A DNA stretch of 64,000 nt, taken from NCBI GenBank assembly GCA_963706955.1, contig CAVPOC010000008.1:384001-448000 (forward strand), in the 5' to 3' direction. The position numbers and the translations under genes are program-made. Shown piece by piece: positions 48,351 through 57,769 of the stretch (its first letter is position 1; each line of letters opens with the position of its first letter). The notes under the pieces were generated by a model. It saw only the letters and a list, made by a program, of their open reading frames with translations, was not told where the DNA came from and ran no database searches. The DNA comes from an uncultured Verrucomicrobiae bacterium. GTDB lineage: Bacteria > Verrucomicrobiota > Verrucomicrobiia > Chthoniobacterales > Terrimicrobiaceae.

Positions 48351-49523
48351 CTATGGCTCTGATCCTAGCAATTCCAGGACTTCTCCGACCAAAAACAGCG
48401 AACCCGTAATTAACGTCTTGCCGTGGGATGCTTCCAGCGCCTCTCTCGCGTGGGCAAAAATTCGATGCGGCACACGACATGCGGATGCGAGGATCTCGGG
48501 AGCTGCCGCGCGCTCGCTGCGAACTGGGACGAGGAGGACTTCGCGGCTGATCGGCGCAAGGATCTCGAGCATCGTCGAGTAATCCTTGTCACTAAGTGCG
48601 CCGAAGATCATGTCCGCCTGCTCTGTGCCAAATAGATCTCTCCAGTTCAGGAGCAGTTGCTGCGCGGCATGCGGATTGTGGCATCCGTCGAGAACGAATC
48701 GTTCTCCGATCATTTGAAAACGGCCTGGCCAACGAACATCGCGCAACCCCTGCGCGATGGCAGCATCCGAAATGTCCAGGCCGGCCGCTCGAAGTGACGC
48801 GATGGCCAGCGCCGCATTTCTTTTTTGGTGCCTGCCCCGCAAGCCGAGCTCAGCGCCGTCCCAAGCTGCTTCCGCAAACGTCAAGGAGCACCCCAGTTCT
48901 CCCGCACGCCTGACGATCACCTCCGCAGCCGCTGGATCCTGTGGCGCGCTGACGACAGGCACGCTTGGCTTGATGATCCCCGCTTTTTCCCATGCGACCT
49001 CGGCCACTGTCTTCCCAAGCCAACGCGTGTGATCCAATGCAATGGGAGTGATCACCGAGACAACAGGCATTACCGCGTTTGTTGCGTCCAACCGTCCGCC
49101 CATTCCGGTCTCCAGAGCGACGAACTCGCAGTCCGATTCGGCGAAATGCTGCAAAGCAAGGGCGGTGGCAAACTCGAAGAACGTGGGCGAATGATCCCAG
49201 CTGGCAGCGAGTCGGCGGAGGTTCTCCAAGCCTCGCGAGGCTGCCGCGCGCGGGATCTTATTTCCGCACACACGGATGCGCTCTCGAAAATCAATCAGAT
49301 GAGGCGAAGTATATAATCCAGTCTTATAATCGGCAGCGCGGAGGATCGCCTCCAACATAGCGCAAACCGAGCCCTTGCCGTTCGTTCCGGCCACGTGCAG
49401 GAACGAGAGCTGCTCGTGGGGATCGCCCAACGCCTTTAGAACCCTTCGTATGTTGTCGAGGCCGAGCTTAATTCCAAACTGCTGCGTGGAATAAAGCCAG
49501 CCGAGCGACTCTTCGTAGGTCAC
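48351..49523 (-). CDS. folC: Folylpolyglutamate synthase / dihydrofolate synthase
   Basis: HVAGTNGKGS, TSPHL, ETGMGGRLDATN, WPGR, DGCHNP, TGSLFLVG. Confidence 0.95.
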   Translation of the reverse strand: MTYEESLGWLYSTQQFGIKLGLDNIRRVLKALGDPHEQLSFLHVAGTNGKGSVCAMLEAILRAADYKTGLYTSPHLIDFRERIRVCGNKIPRAAASRGLENLRRLAASWDHSPTFFEFATALALQHFAESDCEFVALETGMGGRLDATNAVMPVVSVITPIALDHTRWLGKTVAEVAWEKAGIIKPSVPVVSAPQDPAAAEVIVRRAGELGCSLTFAEAAWDGAELGLRGRHQKRNAALAIASLRAAGLDISDAAIAQGLRDVRWPGRFQMIGERFVLDGCHNPHAAQQLLLNWRDLFGTEQADMIFGALSDKDYSTMLEILAPISREVLLVPVRSERAAAPEILASACRVPHRIFAHAREALEASHGKTLITGSLFLVGEVLELLGSEP

Positions 49524-50368
49524 TTCCGCGTCGGCGACAAGTAATCGAGAAGCTGACCGATGGTTGACCGCAACCTCGAACGCGGAACAACCATATCAAT
49601 CAAACCGTGCTTCTCCAAAAACTCTGCCGTCTGAAATCCTTCCGGCAGATCCTGGTGCGTTGTCTCCTTGATGACACGAGGCCCGGCGAATCCTATCATG
49701 CTTTTGGGCTCGGCAATGATAACGTCGCCCAGGGAAGCGTAACTGGCCATCACCCCGGCCGTGGTTGGATTTGTCAGAATGGAGAGGTAGAGAAGGCCTG
49801 CCCCGCTATGCAACGCCAGCGCTCCGCTGGTCTTGGCCATCTGCATCAGGCTCAACATGCCCTCGTACATCCTCGCGCCTCCCGAAGCACAGACGATCAC
49901 AACCGGCCACTTATTTTTTGTGGAGAGTTCAATCGTTCGCGTGATCTTCTCGCCGACTACCGAGCCCATCGTGGCCGCCAGGAAGTTAAAATCCATGACG
50001 GCGAGGGCCAGGGAATGGCCCAAAATTTTGGCGGTCCCGGTGGTCGCAGCGTCTTTCAATCCGGTTTCCTCCTGATAGCTTTTGAGACGATCCGCATAGG
50101 TGGCCACGCCTTTGAATTCCAAAGTATCCACCGACGTAAGCTCCGCGTCGGTCTCCGCGAAGCTCGCCGGATCGATCAGGCTGGCGATTCTCTGGCTGGC
50201 GCTCATGGTGAAGTGATAATCGCACTTTGGGCAAACGCGCAGGTTCTCCTCCAGGGCGAGATTATGAATCACCTCCCCGCAAGACGGGCATTTGGTCCAA
50301 AGCCCCTCTGGCATCTCGCGAGTTTTGCCTCCCATGGCCTTGAGAATCGGTTTTCTAAAAATCGGCAT
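49520..50368 (-). CDS. accD: Acetyl-CoA carboxylase carboxyltransferase beta subunit
   Basis: LWTKCPSC...VCPKC zinc ribbon, GSVVGEK, SGGARM, FAGPRVI. Confidence 0.97.
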   Translation of the reverse strand: MPIFRKPILKAMGGKTREMPEGLWTKCPSCGEVIHNLALEENLRVCPKCDYHFTMSASQRIASLIDPASFAETDAELTSVDTLEFKGVATYADRLKSYQEETGLKDAATTGTAKILGHSLALAVMDFNFLAATMGSVVGEKITRTIELSTKNKWPVVIVCASGGARMYEGMLSLMQMAKTSGALALHSGAGLLYLSILTNPTTAGVMASYASLGDVIIAEPKSMIGFAGPRVIKETTHQDLPEGFQTAEFLEKHGLIDMVVPRSRLRSTIGQLLDYLSPTRK

Positions 50369-50506
50369 GATTAAGAGCGCGCGACGGCGCTAATAGCGTG
50401 CAAGAACGGACTTCGGAGCGCAAGGCGAACCACAGCAAATTCAAGCAAGCACGTCACTGCTGGCACGTCATTTAACCTGCACCAGATTGCGGCGCAACGA
50501 CAAGCT

Positions 50507-51226
50507 TCAACCACGAGCCACCGTCAAAGCGGAGATCCCCTCAGCTCCGGCGCCCAGGAGCATGCGGGCGCACTCGTCCAACGTCGATCCGGTAGTCAAG
50601 ACATCATCTACCAGCAGCAGCCGCTTTCCTTTGACTGCGGCGTTTCGGCGGACCCGAAAAGCGTCGCGCAGGTTTCTCATGCGACGGCGACGATCGAAGT
50701 GCGTCTGAGTGACCGTGTAGCGAGTTCTTTGGAGGGCGTCACAAAACTCCCACCCTTGATCTCGCGCCAGATCGCGCGCAAGAACTTCGGCCTGATTAAA
50801 TTCCCGCTCCCTTCTTCGCAACGGATGGAGCGGCACCGGCACCACCGCGTCAAAAGGTTTGCCAATCAGGCGGGCATCGCGCAGGCCTTGCCTAAGCATT
50901 TGCCCAAGCAATCCGGCGAGCCATGTCTCGCCGCCATACTTGAAGCGATGAATCAGCTCACGCACGACCCCGCGTGACTGCATCACCGCCACCGCATGCC
51001 TGAAATGAAACGCCTTCCCTCGACAGTTGGAACAGACGAACGATTCGAGCGACCCGGAATACGGTCGCGAACAAGTTTCGCAGCGCGGAGGCTCCACCGC
51101 GATCAGCAAATCCGAACAGTCTCCACACAACCAGCCCGAGCGTATCGCCACGGCACAACCGGCGCAGTGCCGAGGAAAAAACAGGTCGCCCAGCGTCTCA
51201 AGAACTACGCCGGTCCGCAGAGGCAT
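50507..51226 (-). CDS. comF: ComF family protein (double zinc ribbon + PRT domain)
   Basis: Four CxxC pairs, VPVPLH, FNQA, LLVDDVLTTGST. Confidence 0.9.
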   Translation of the reverse strand: MPLRTGVVLETLGDLFFPRHCAGCAVAIRSGWLCGDCSDLLIAVEPPRCETCSRPYSGSLESFVCSNCRGKAFHFRHAVAVMQSRGVVRELIHRFKYGGETWLAGLLGQMLRQGLRDARLIGKPFDAVVPVPLHPLRRREREFNQAEVLARDLARDQGWEFCDALQRTRYTVTQTHFDRRRRMRNLRDAFRVRRNAAVKGKRLLLVDDVLTTGSTLDECARMLLGAGAEGISALTVARG

Positions 51227-52130
51227 TCCTGAGATAATACCAGAGGCCCAGGCCGGTCAAGACGAGGGCCCCGAGTGGAAGGAGGCCGGTCGGCACTGCT
51301 CCGCTGACGACATTTGGGCCGATCCAAGGCCAGAAGACGTCCGGTGGCTTCGCCCGATACCTCGCCAGCAATTGAAGAGTTTGCTGGCCAAAGATCCAGC
51401 CCCCGTGAAGCCCAATTGCCAACCAAAGCGAACGCGTCCGGAGCGTGGCGACTGCGAGGATCAACCCGGCGACCACCAGAGAAACAAAGCCCGACCAGAG
51501 CAGCCATGGCGGCGGCACGGCATCGACGAATCCTACAATCTGGGCAAATCCAGACCACCATTCCACTACCGAGTCCTCCTTTTTGGCGGGCCTGAGAAAG
51601 TGGACGCCCGCAAAAACCAGGGAAACTCCTGCTGCGGCTGGCCACCGTCCGAATGCTTTGGCCGCCAGCCCCAACAAGACGCCCCGAAACAGAAATTCTT
51701 CGACGAGCGCGACGAATCCGGCCGTCATCGCAATGCGTAAAAGCAACCAAGGAACGAGATCCTGCTTGGCTCGATAAACGTCGAACATCAGGTAAAGACC
51801 GGCGAGCAGGGCGCCGGGGACCAGGGCAAGCGCCACACCGGCGAACGCGTCTCTGGCTGCGTGAGGATTTGGCTCGAGGCCGAACTCCCGGATGCTACGA
51901 ATTCCCAGCCAGAAGAGCAATGGCGCGAGCAAGACAAAAGCCGTGACCTGCGTCACCCGGCTGAGATAGCGATAGAATGGAAAATCCACCGCGGGGTGGA
52001 GCATCCAGTAGATCGGAGGCGAGAGGATGGCGCCAAGAAGCACAACGACCAGCAGATACAGCAGGATTTTCCCTAGGGCGGGCACCCCGAAGAGAAAATG
52101 TTGTCGAGCCGGTTGTGTCAACCGCCCCAT
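51198..52130 (-). CDS. CPBP family (CAAX/Abi) intramembrane metalloprotease
   Basis: EEFLFRG, FAGVH, AIGLHGG. Confidence 0.88.
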   Translation of the reverse strand: MGRLTQPARQHFLFGVPALGKILLYLLVVVLLGAILSPPIYWMLHPAVDFPFYRYLSRVTQVTAFVLLAPLLFWLGIRSIREFGLEPNPHAARDAFAGVALALVPGALLAGLYLMFDVYRAKQDLVPWLLLRIAMTAGFVALVEEFLFRGVLLGLAAKAFGRWPAAAGVSLVFAGVHFLRPAKKEDSVVEWWSGFAQIVGFVDAVPPPWLLWSGFVSLVVAGLILAVATLRTRSLWLAIGLHGGWIFGQQTLQLLARYRAKPPDVFWPWIGPNVVSGAVPTGLLPLGALVLTGLGLWYYLRNASADRRSS

Positions 52131-52141
52131 GATGCCGGCAT

Positions 52142-53437
52142 GTGAATAACGATCCCCTCATCGTCGCTGAAAAGCGGCACGTCTGGCATCCATTTACGCA
52201 AATGCAGGCATGGTGCGCCCTCGATCACGAACCTATCGTCCTGGTCGAGGGCCAAGGCTCGATCCTTTGGGATCGTCACGGTCGTGAATACATCGATGGC
52301 AATTCATCGATCTGGACAAATATCCATGGTCATAACCATCCCGCCATAAACGCGGCCATTAAATCGCAACTCGACAAAGTGGCACACGTCTCATTCCTGG
52401 GTTCAACCAACGCCCCTGCGATTGAACTCGCCGAAAAGCTTGCCGGATGTTTTCCGCGCGGGACTTTGACGCGCACGTTTTATTCCGACGATGGCTCGAC
52501 CGCTGTGGAAGTGGCTGTAAAAATGGCGCTGCAGTATTGGCAACTGCGCGGCCAACCGGAAAAGTGTCGCTTCGTCGCCTTCGAGAATGCCTATCACGGC
52601 GACACTGCCGGCGCGTCCAGCCTCGGGGGAGTGGAGGCTTTCACGAGCCGGTTCACTGCCATCCATTTCCCGATTGAGCGGGCAGCCAATGTCGATGCAC
52701 TCGCGTCTCTGAATCCTGACCGGCTCGCGGCGGTGATCATCGAACCTCTCGTTCAAGGCGCCGCAGGAATTCGCCTCTGGCCAGCAGGCATGCTTCGCTC
52801 CCTGCGCGCATGGTGCGACGCGAACGATGTGCTCCTTATCTTCGACGAGGTCCTCACCGGCTTTGGACGAACCGGACGACTTTTCGCCTGCGAGCACGAG
52901 AGCGTTCTTCCCGACTTTCTGTGCCTGGCCAAGGGTCTCAGCGGTGGTTATCTCCCGCTCGCCGCAACTATGACCACCGAACAGGTTTATGACGCCTTCC
53001 TCGGCGAATACCAGGACCTCAAGACGTTTTTCTATGGTCATAGCTATTGCGGAAACGCACTCGGCTGCGCGGCAGCTCTTGCTAATTTAGAGATCTTCCA
53101 AGAGGAGAATGTCCTTGAATCGCTAAAGGGCAAAATCACCTTTCTCCGGCAGTTGCTGGACGGATTGCAGGAACTTCCGAACGTCGCCGAAATCCGGCAG
53201 TGTGGAATGATCGCAGGGATTGAAGTCCGGAAAACCTCCGGAGAGCAGTTCCCCTGGCATCAGCAGACCGGCGCCCGAGTCTGCATCGCGGCACGAAAGT
53301 ACGGCCTGCTCACGCGTCCCATCGTCGATACAATCGTCCTTATTCCTCCCCTGTGCATCACGCGCGCGCAGTTGGAACGCGCGACCGAAGCTATTCACCA
53401 CGCAATCGAGGACGTCTGCGAAAACTCTGCGCCTTAG
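52142..53437 (+). CDS. bioA: Adenosylmethionine-8-amino-7-oxononanoate aminotransferase
   Basis: WHPFTQM, DDGSTAVEVA, YHGDT, DEVLTGFGRTG, AKGLSGGYLP, GHSY. Confidence 0.93.
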   Translation: MNNDPLIVAEKRHVWHPFTQMQAWCALDHEPIVLVEGQGSILWDRHGREYIDGNSSIWTNIHGHNHPAINAAIKSQLDKVAHVSFLGSTNAPAIELAEKLAGCFPRGTLTRTFYSDDGSTAVEVAVKMALQYWQLRGQPEKCRFVAFENAYHGDTAGASSLGGVEAFTSRFTAIHFPIERAANVDALASLNPDRLAAVIIEPLVQGAAGIRLWPAGMLRSLRAWCDANDVLLIFDEVLTGFGRTGRLFACEHESVLPDFLCLAKGLSGGYLPLAATMTTEQVYDAFLGEYQDLKTFFYGHSYCGNALGCAAALANLEIFQEENVLESLKGKITFLRQLLDGLQELPNVAEIRQCGMIAGIEVRKTSGEQFPWHQQTGARVCIAARKYGLLTRPIVDTIVLIPPLCITRAQLERATEAIHHAIEDVCENSAP

Positions 53438-53455
53438 AGCTCGATTCGGCTCTTC

Positions 53456-54382
53456 TCAGTAGCTAAACGTTAGTCCACCGCTGGCCCAGACCTCGTTTTC
53501 CTGTTCGATTTGTTGAAGCGCAGTCAAAGCCACGCTGTAGTTGATTCCGCCGAATATCGAGACGAATGGATTAATCCTCCAACTGGCTAAGAGACCGAAC
53601 TGAAAATTGTTCCAACCGTAGTAATCGGTTGTATTATAGCCAAGGTTTATGCCGAGAAGGACATAAGGCTGCAGCTCGAAAATTTCCTTATAGACACGAA
53701 TCTCCCCATCAAGTCGAACCTCCAAATACGAGGAAGGCAGATGGACTACGTCGCTGACAAAAAACATCCCGGGCGTGACGTGCGGGATCACTGAGGTCCC
53801 TAAGAAAAAGAAGAGCTCGTGTCCATAACCGTCGGACGATTGCGCGGACTCGACAGGATCGCGCTCCTTCTGAACCTGTGCCTCGCGGTGAGTTCTCCCT
53901 AGAGAATGCGCGTGCGCTTCATTCGCAGGTCCCGCAGCCTGAGGCACAACGACGCTTCGCTGGTAGCTGAAATTGTACCCCGGAGTGATGAAGACCGGGC
54001 CAAGCTCAAACGTGGAGGAGACGGTGAAATCCCATTCCTGGTAACGGTTTCCAGTGCCGAACCCCCACCAACCGCCAAGGGTTAGATTTTGGAGGCGCAC
54101 CGCAAGCTCCATCGTATAGGCACCGTAGTCGCCCGTCTGGTCGACTCCATACTGAACTTCGCGGCTGGTCCAACCTGTTGAAAGCATCGCGGCCCAGCGA
54201 CGTTCCTTCTCCTTTCCCGTGGACGGTGCCGAAGATGAAGCGCTCGAGAAAGTTCGCTCTTTCCCATCCTCAAGCGGGTTCTGTGTTTCCTCTGTTCGGG
54301 ACAGGTGGGCGCCAATACCGTGAGACCAGACGCGGTTTATCTGAAGAAAGCTAATTGTCAGCAATAGAAACACTCTTCTCAT
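53456..54382 (-). CDS. Putative outer-membrane beta-barrel protein
   Basis: Signal peptide from ATG 54382; amphipathic aromatic strands; C-terminal GGLTFSY; His-containing N-terminus and loop. Confidence 0.7.
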   Translation of the reverse strand: MRRVFLLLTISFLQINRVWSHGIGAHLSRTEETQNPLEDGKERTFSSASSSAPSTGKEKERRWAAMLSTGWTSREVQYGVDQTGDYGAYTMELAVRLQNLTLGGWWGFGTGNRYQEWDFTVSSTFELGPVFITPGYNFSYQRSVVVPQAAGPANEAHAHSLGRTHREAQVQKERDPVESAQSSDGYGHELFFFLGTSVIPHVTPGMFFVSDVVHLPSSYLEVRLDGEIRVYKEIFELQPYVLLGINLGYNTTDYYGWNNFQFGLLASWRINPFVSIFGGINYSVALTALQQIEQENEVWASGGLTFSY

Positions 54383-54484
54383 CTCGGCGCTCTCCAGCAA
54401 ACGGCTGCGGGCGTCTGCAGCCCCTTCGCGCGAGAGTAGAGCACGCGTTCGCCCACGCCTAGATCTAAGTGTTTCGGCGAGGAT

Positions 54485-54501
54485 ACTTCCTAACAGGAAG
54501 T
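54485..54501. promoter_or_regulatory. Candidate operator (perfect 7-3-7 inverted repeat)
   Basis: ACTTCCT-AAC-AGGAAGT, ~100 nt upstream of the beta-barrel gene. Confidence 0.3.
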
Positions 54502-54585
54502 CGTTCTTAGCATCGGCCGCTTCGCTGTGCGCCACCAGCAAAGGACTTTGAACTCGGCCGAACGGTTCCAGCCGAGGAGTGCGCG

Positions 54586-55044
54586 CTAAACGGCCACCGC
54601 GTCCTGAAGTGCCACCACGACCGCTTCATGCCAGCCAGCGAGCGCCTCTTCGAAATCGACGTCATTGTCAACGCGGGCAAGCAATCGGCTGGCGCCACGT
54701 TCCTCAAACATCCGGTCGAGGTCCCGACCGCACTGACAGAAATTGTCGTAGCCCGTGTCACCGAGCGCGAAGACGGCAAACCGCAATCTACGAAGGGTCG
54801 CTTCTCCAAGATCTTTGACGTAATCGAAAAAAGAGATGCCATCATCCGGCGGCTCCCCATCCCCCCACGTACTGATCGCCAGGAGCACGGTTGATTCTTG
54901 GAGAAAATCGCGGGAATCGTAGTGCGCGAGATCGTGCACTCGTGCGGAAAGACCGGCCTTCCGCAGCGCCGTCGCGGTTTTCTCTGCACATTCGCGGGCG
55001 TTGCCAGTCATCGTCGCGTAAAGAATGGCGATATCCGTTCTCAT
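54586..55044 (-). CDS. Flavodoxin (MioC/YqcA-like)
   Basis: YATMTGNA, STWGDGEPPD, FALGDTGYDNFC. Confidence 0.92.
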   Translation of the reverse strand: MRTDIAILYATMTGNARECAEKTATALRKAGLSARVHDLAHYDSRDFLQESTVLLAISTWGDGEPPDDGISFFDYVKDLGEATLRRLRFAVFALGDTGYDNFCQCGRDLDRMFEERGASRLLARVDNDVDFEEALAGWHEAVVVALQDAVAV

Positions 55045-55931
55045 GTCTGGTCAGTGGAAAAATTTCGCGCAAGCTCGCGGAGGTGTCCGTTCCAGGTATC
55101 GAGCTCTGCGTCGACGGCGGCGACCACCGCGCAGACGAAACGACCTTCCGGGTCAAATGCCTTGAGCGCCAGGGATTGGGCGATCGTCTGGAGGAATACT
55201 TCCGCAAGTTTCGTAACCCGAAGGTGAACTCCAGCCACCTGGTCCCCGACGAAGATCCACTCCCGATCGCGGCGAAACATAGTCGGCGTCATGGCGACGC
55301 CCTGCACAGCCCCTTCATTGCCCACGATGATTTGGAAGCCCGCTCGTTCACCAGTGGCCACCTGGAAGAATGTCGAGAGTGCTTCGGACCGAAGCGTCTC
55401 CCCGCCCGTGGCGGACAACAGGAATGAATTCTCGAGCCACGACGCCACGCGGACACCCTCAAAGCCACGTGATGCGGAGGAGCTTTGGTTCAATTCGACC
55501 CAGGCGCGAAACGCCTCGAAGTCGGAATGCTCGGTGAGACAGATCTTGTGGATGACTTCTCCGCTGTGGTCGGAGAACTCGACGGCGTAAAGCCAACCCT
55601 CCCGGCGCGACTCGACGACTGCAGTTCCGCGCGCCCAAGAAGTAAAATCAAACTCGAGCGAACCGTCCACGGCACGGCCGCGATGGCCGCAAGGCACCGA
55701 AACCATCTGTGGGTATTCGGCAATGGTGCCGAGCACCGCGTAGCCATTCCGAGTAATCGCAAGGACCGGACCAAAGGCCGGCAGTTCCGAAAGGAGAAAA
55801 GGCCAACCCTCCCAAAGCCCAATCACGGCGCGGCCGTCCGCGACGCGGACATTCTCGCGAAGCACTGAGGCGACGAGCGGATTCTGAATCAGGCTCGATC
55901 CTCTGTCGTTGGGCTCGGTCCGATGCGGCAT
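55041..55931 (-). CDS. HemS/ChuX-like heme-utilisation-fold protein (two repeats), divergent
   Basis: GPVLAITRN..AV, W..., VEFSD..GEVIHKICL, VGNEGAVQ, GVHL, AFD..G pattern matches the HemS duplicated domain; start may be 55949. Confidence 0.7.
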   Translation of the reverse strand: MPHRTEPNDRGSSLIQNPLVASVLRENVRVADGRAVIGLWEGWPFLLSELPAFGPVLAITRNGYAVLGTIAEYPQMVSVPCGHRGRAVDGSLEFDFTSWARGTAVVESRREGWLYAVEFSDHSGEVIHKICLTEHSDFEAFRAWVELNQSSSASRGFEGVRVASWLENSFLLSATGGETLRSEALSTFFQVATGERAGFQIIVGNEGAVQGVAMTPTMFRRDREWIFVGDQVAGVHLRVTKLAEVFLQTIAQSLALKAFDPEGRFVCAVVAAVDAELDTWNGHLRELARNFSTDQT

Positions 55932-56041
55932 GCTAGAATTCAGCCACATCTCAGAAAAACGCGCTCACGCTCGATTGCAAAAAATTAGCGGCGACTTGCT
56001 TTGAGGCCTCGTCGCAGCTCCCAAGCGAGGACTCGAAAAAC

Positions 56042-56106
56042 TTGTGGAGGCGCTTGTGCCAAGCGCCTGTGATTTCGCCGGGCGCTTGACACAAGCGCCC
56101 CTACAA
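56042..56106. repeat. Inverted REP doublet (REPIN-like)
   Basis: TTGTGGAGGCGCTTGTGCCAAGCGCC (56042-56067) and GGCGCTTGACACAAGCGCCCCTACAA (56081-56106), each with an internal GGCGCTTG/CAAGCGCC hairpin; GTAG/CTAC-type end. Confidence 0.7.
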
Positions 56107-56120
56107 CACCAAGCCCGCAA

Positions 56121-57329
56121 TCACCCAATCGACGGTCGCATTTTGACTCCAGTGAGGAGTCGAGCTCCCAAGGCCCCCGCTGCGGCCGTAATCAGGCAGG
56201 TCGTCCAGACTGGCAGGGTGAATTTCATTATCTCCCCCCAATTGCCATTGGCCCAGACGCTAAGCGAATTGACCAGCGCGACAAGATAGTAGGAAAAAGG
56301 CATCGCCTTTTGGATCGCCGCCGGCTGGGCGAAGTAGCTCAGCGGAATGCCGACACCGGCGCCGATCAAGAGCCCCAACCGGACTGCCACGGGATGCACT
56401 CGTTCGAGACCGCGCGCGAGGACATAGGGAACCCCAATGAGGAAAATGGCGCTAAGCATCTCGTTATTTTGAAATCTAAGCCCCATAAGCATCGACACGC
56501 TCCGATGCATTAGAATCAGGCCGACGCCGATGACAAAGCCCAACCTTCTGCTCGCCAGGGCAAAAAAGGCAATTGCCTCAAGGACCACTCCGCTTGCGAA
56601 AAGTCCCCTCGCCATCCAGGGATGCTCCAGCAACCAGATCGCCTCCGGTGGGTCGCCTAGATCCGCCGGATTGAACCGGCTGAAATAGTGCTGCCTCTGT
56701 GTCTTGATCATATCGAGCGCGATGTAATGGGCATTCCAAAACCACATCCCACCGGTCGCGAACAGTTTAGTCAGGAATGACACCAGATAGGTCCCGGTAA
56801 CCACGACCTGACTTTGAACCAGAAGCCAGGAGTTGAGCAATGCGTCCGGAGGCTGCAACCGAAGGCCCTTTAGCACGGAGTAGTAGACGACGGTAACAGC
56901 CTGGACGAGCAGGGTCAGACCGATGATCTGATATCCGTGATGCGTGTAACCCTGCGAGTTATAGAGCGTGAACATCAGGCTGTAGGCGACCGCGAGCAGG
57001 GGAAGAACAATGGGGAGAAGCCAACCGGACGCGTAGACGAGAAGCAATAGGTAGAGGAGACCACGATACGCCGATAACTTCTCTGGATCGGATAGCCACG
57101 TCAGATCAAAGAAGCGCGCCAGGCCCACCGGATGGGGTTGATCGTGAAAGGGCACCTGCAAAGACAACGTCGAGGCAACCACGACCCCGAAAAGTAAACG
57201 GAGAAAAAAGCCCTCCAGCGAGCTGACTGTCGGCAGAGAAAAGAAGCCGGCCGCAAAGTTCCGCAGAGAAACGATCGCGTTATTCGGCAAAAAGGACACG
57301 CTTCTTCTCCTTGATCTCTCCGTCTTCAA
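56121..57329 (-). CDS. HTTM / vitamin K-dependent carboxylase-like multi-pass membrane protein, copy 1
   Basis: SQGYTHHGYQ, Q....TYLVSFLTKL, LEAIAF, LMHRSV.MLMGLRF; TTG start overlaps the upstream gene by 50 nt (start uncertain). Confidence 0.65.
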   Translation of the reverse strand: MKTERSRRRSVSFLPNNAIVSLRNFAAGFFSLPTVSSLEGFFLRLLFGVVVASTLSLQVPFHDQPHPVGLARFFDLTWLSDPEKLSAYRGLLYLLLLVYASGWLLPIVLPLLAVAYSLMFTLYNSQGYTHHGYQIIGLTLLVQAVTVVYYSVLKGLRLQPPDALLNSWLLVQSQVVVTGTYLVSFLTKLFATGGMWFWNAHYIALDMIKTQRQHYFSRFNPADLGDPPEAIWLLEHPWMARGLFASGVVLEAIAFFALASRRLGFVIGVGLILMHRSVSMLMGLRFQNNEMLSAIFLIGVPYVLARGLERVHPVAVRLGLLIGAGVGIPLSYFAQPAAIQKAMPFSYYLVALVNSLSVWANGNWGEIMKFTLPVWTTCLITAAAGALGARLLTGVKMRPSIG

Positions 57330-57759
57330 ATCGAATTTCCACGAGATGGAGTTGCAGCTTTTCGGGAAGGTCTTTCTCTCGCTTGGCCGACTGCTCCCTT
57401 AGCATTTGAAAGATCTCGATGCCGACCATGCGGTCCCGATCTCCCCTGCTTTGACCAGAGAGAGGATTGGTTTGTCGGCCGAGCTCTTTGGACTTCTTCC
57501 GATACGCCTTGCCCACTTGCGACGCAGTGACACCGGTTAAACTGCCGATAGGGATGGGTTGTCCGTCACCATCCGTGACCAGGAAGTATCCCCGTTCCGC
57601 ACTGGGGCGAGCGTACATCGGAAAGTTCGAAAAGGGGAAATTCTCTTTGGCGATGAGGCAGACCACCACGAAGATCACCAAGGCCGTCAGCGGCGTGTGC
57701 CATAGAAGCCGCGGCCATGGCTCCTGGCGTGAAAGTGCACTCGTCGACCGGCCGTTCAT
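57280..57759 (-). CDS. Small membrane-anchored partner protein (PFSxFPM motif), copy 1
   Basis: One TM, then ENFPFSNFPMY, VTD..GQPIP, LTGVT, ending LFAE; ATG 57759. Confidence 0.7.
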   Translation of the reverse strand: MNGRSTSALSRQEPWPRLLWHTPLTALVIFVVVCLIAKENFPFSNFPMYARPSAERGYFLVTDGDGQPIPIGSLTGVTASQVGKAYRKKSKELGRQTNPLSGQSRGDRDRMVGIEIFQMLREQSAKREKDLPEKLQLHLVEIRFEDGEIKEKKRVLFAE

Positions 57760-57769
57760 TGTTGGGACG

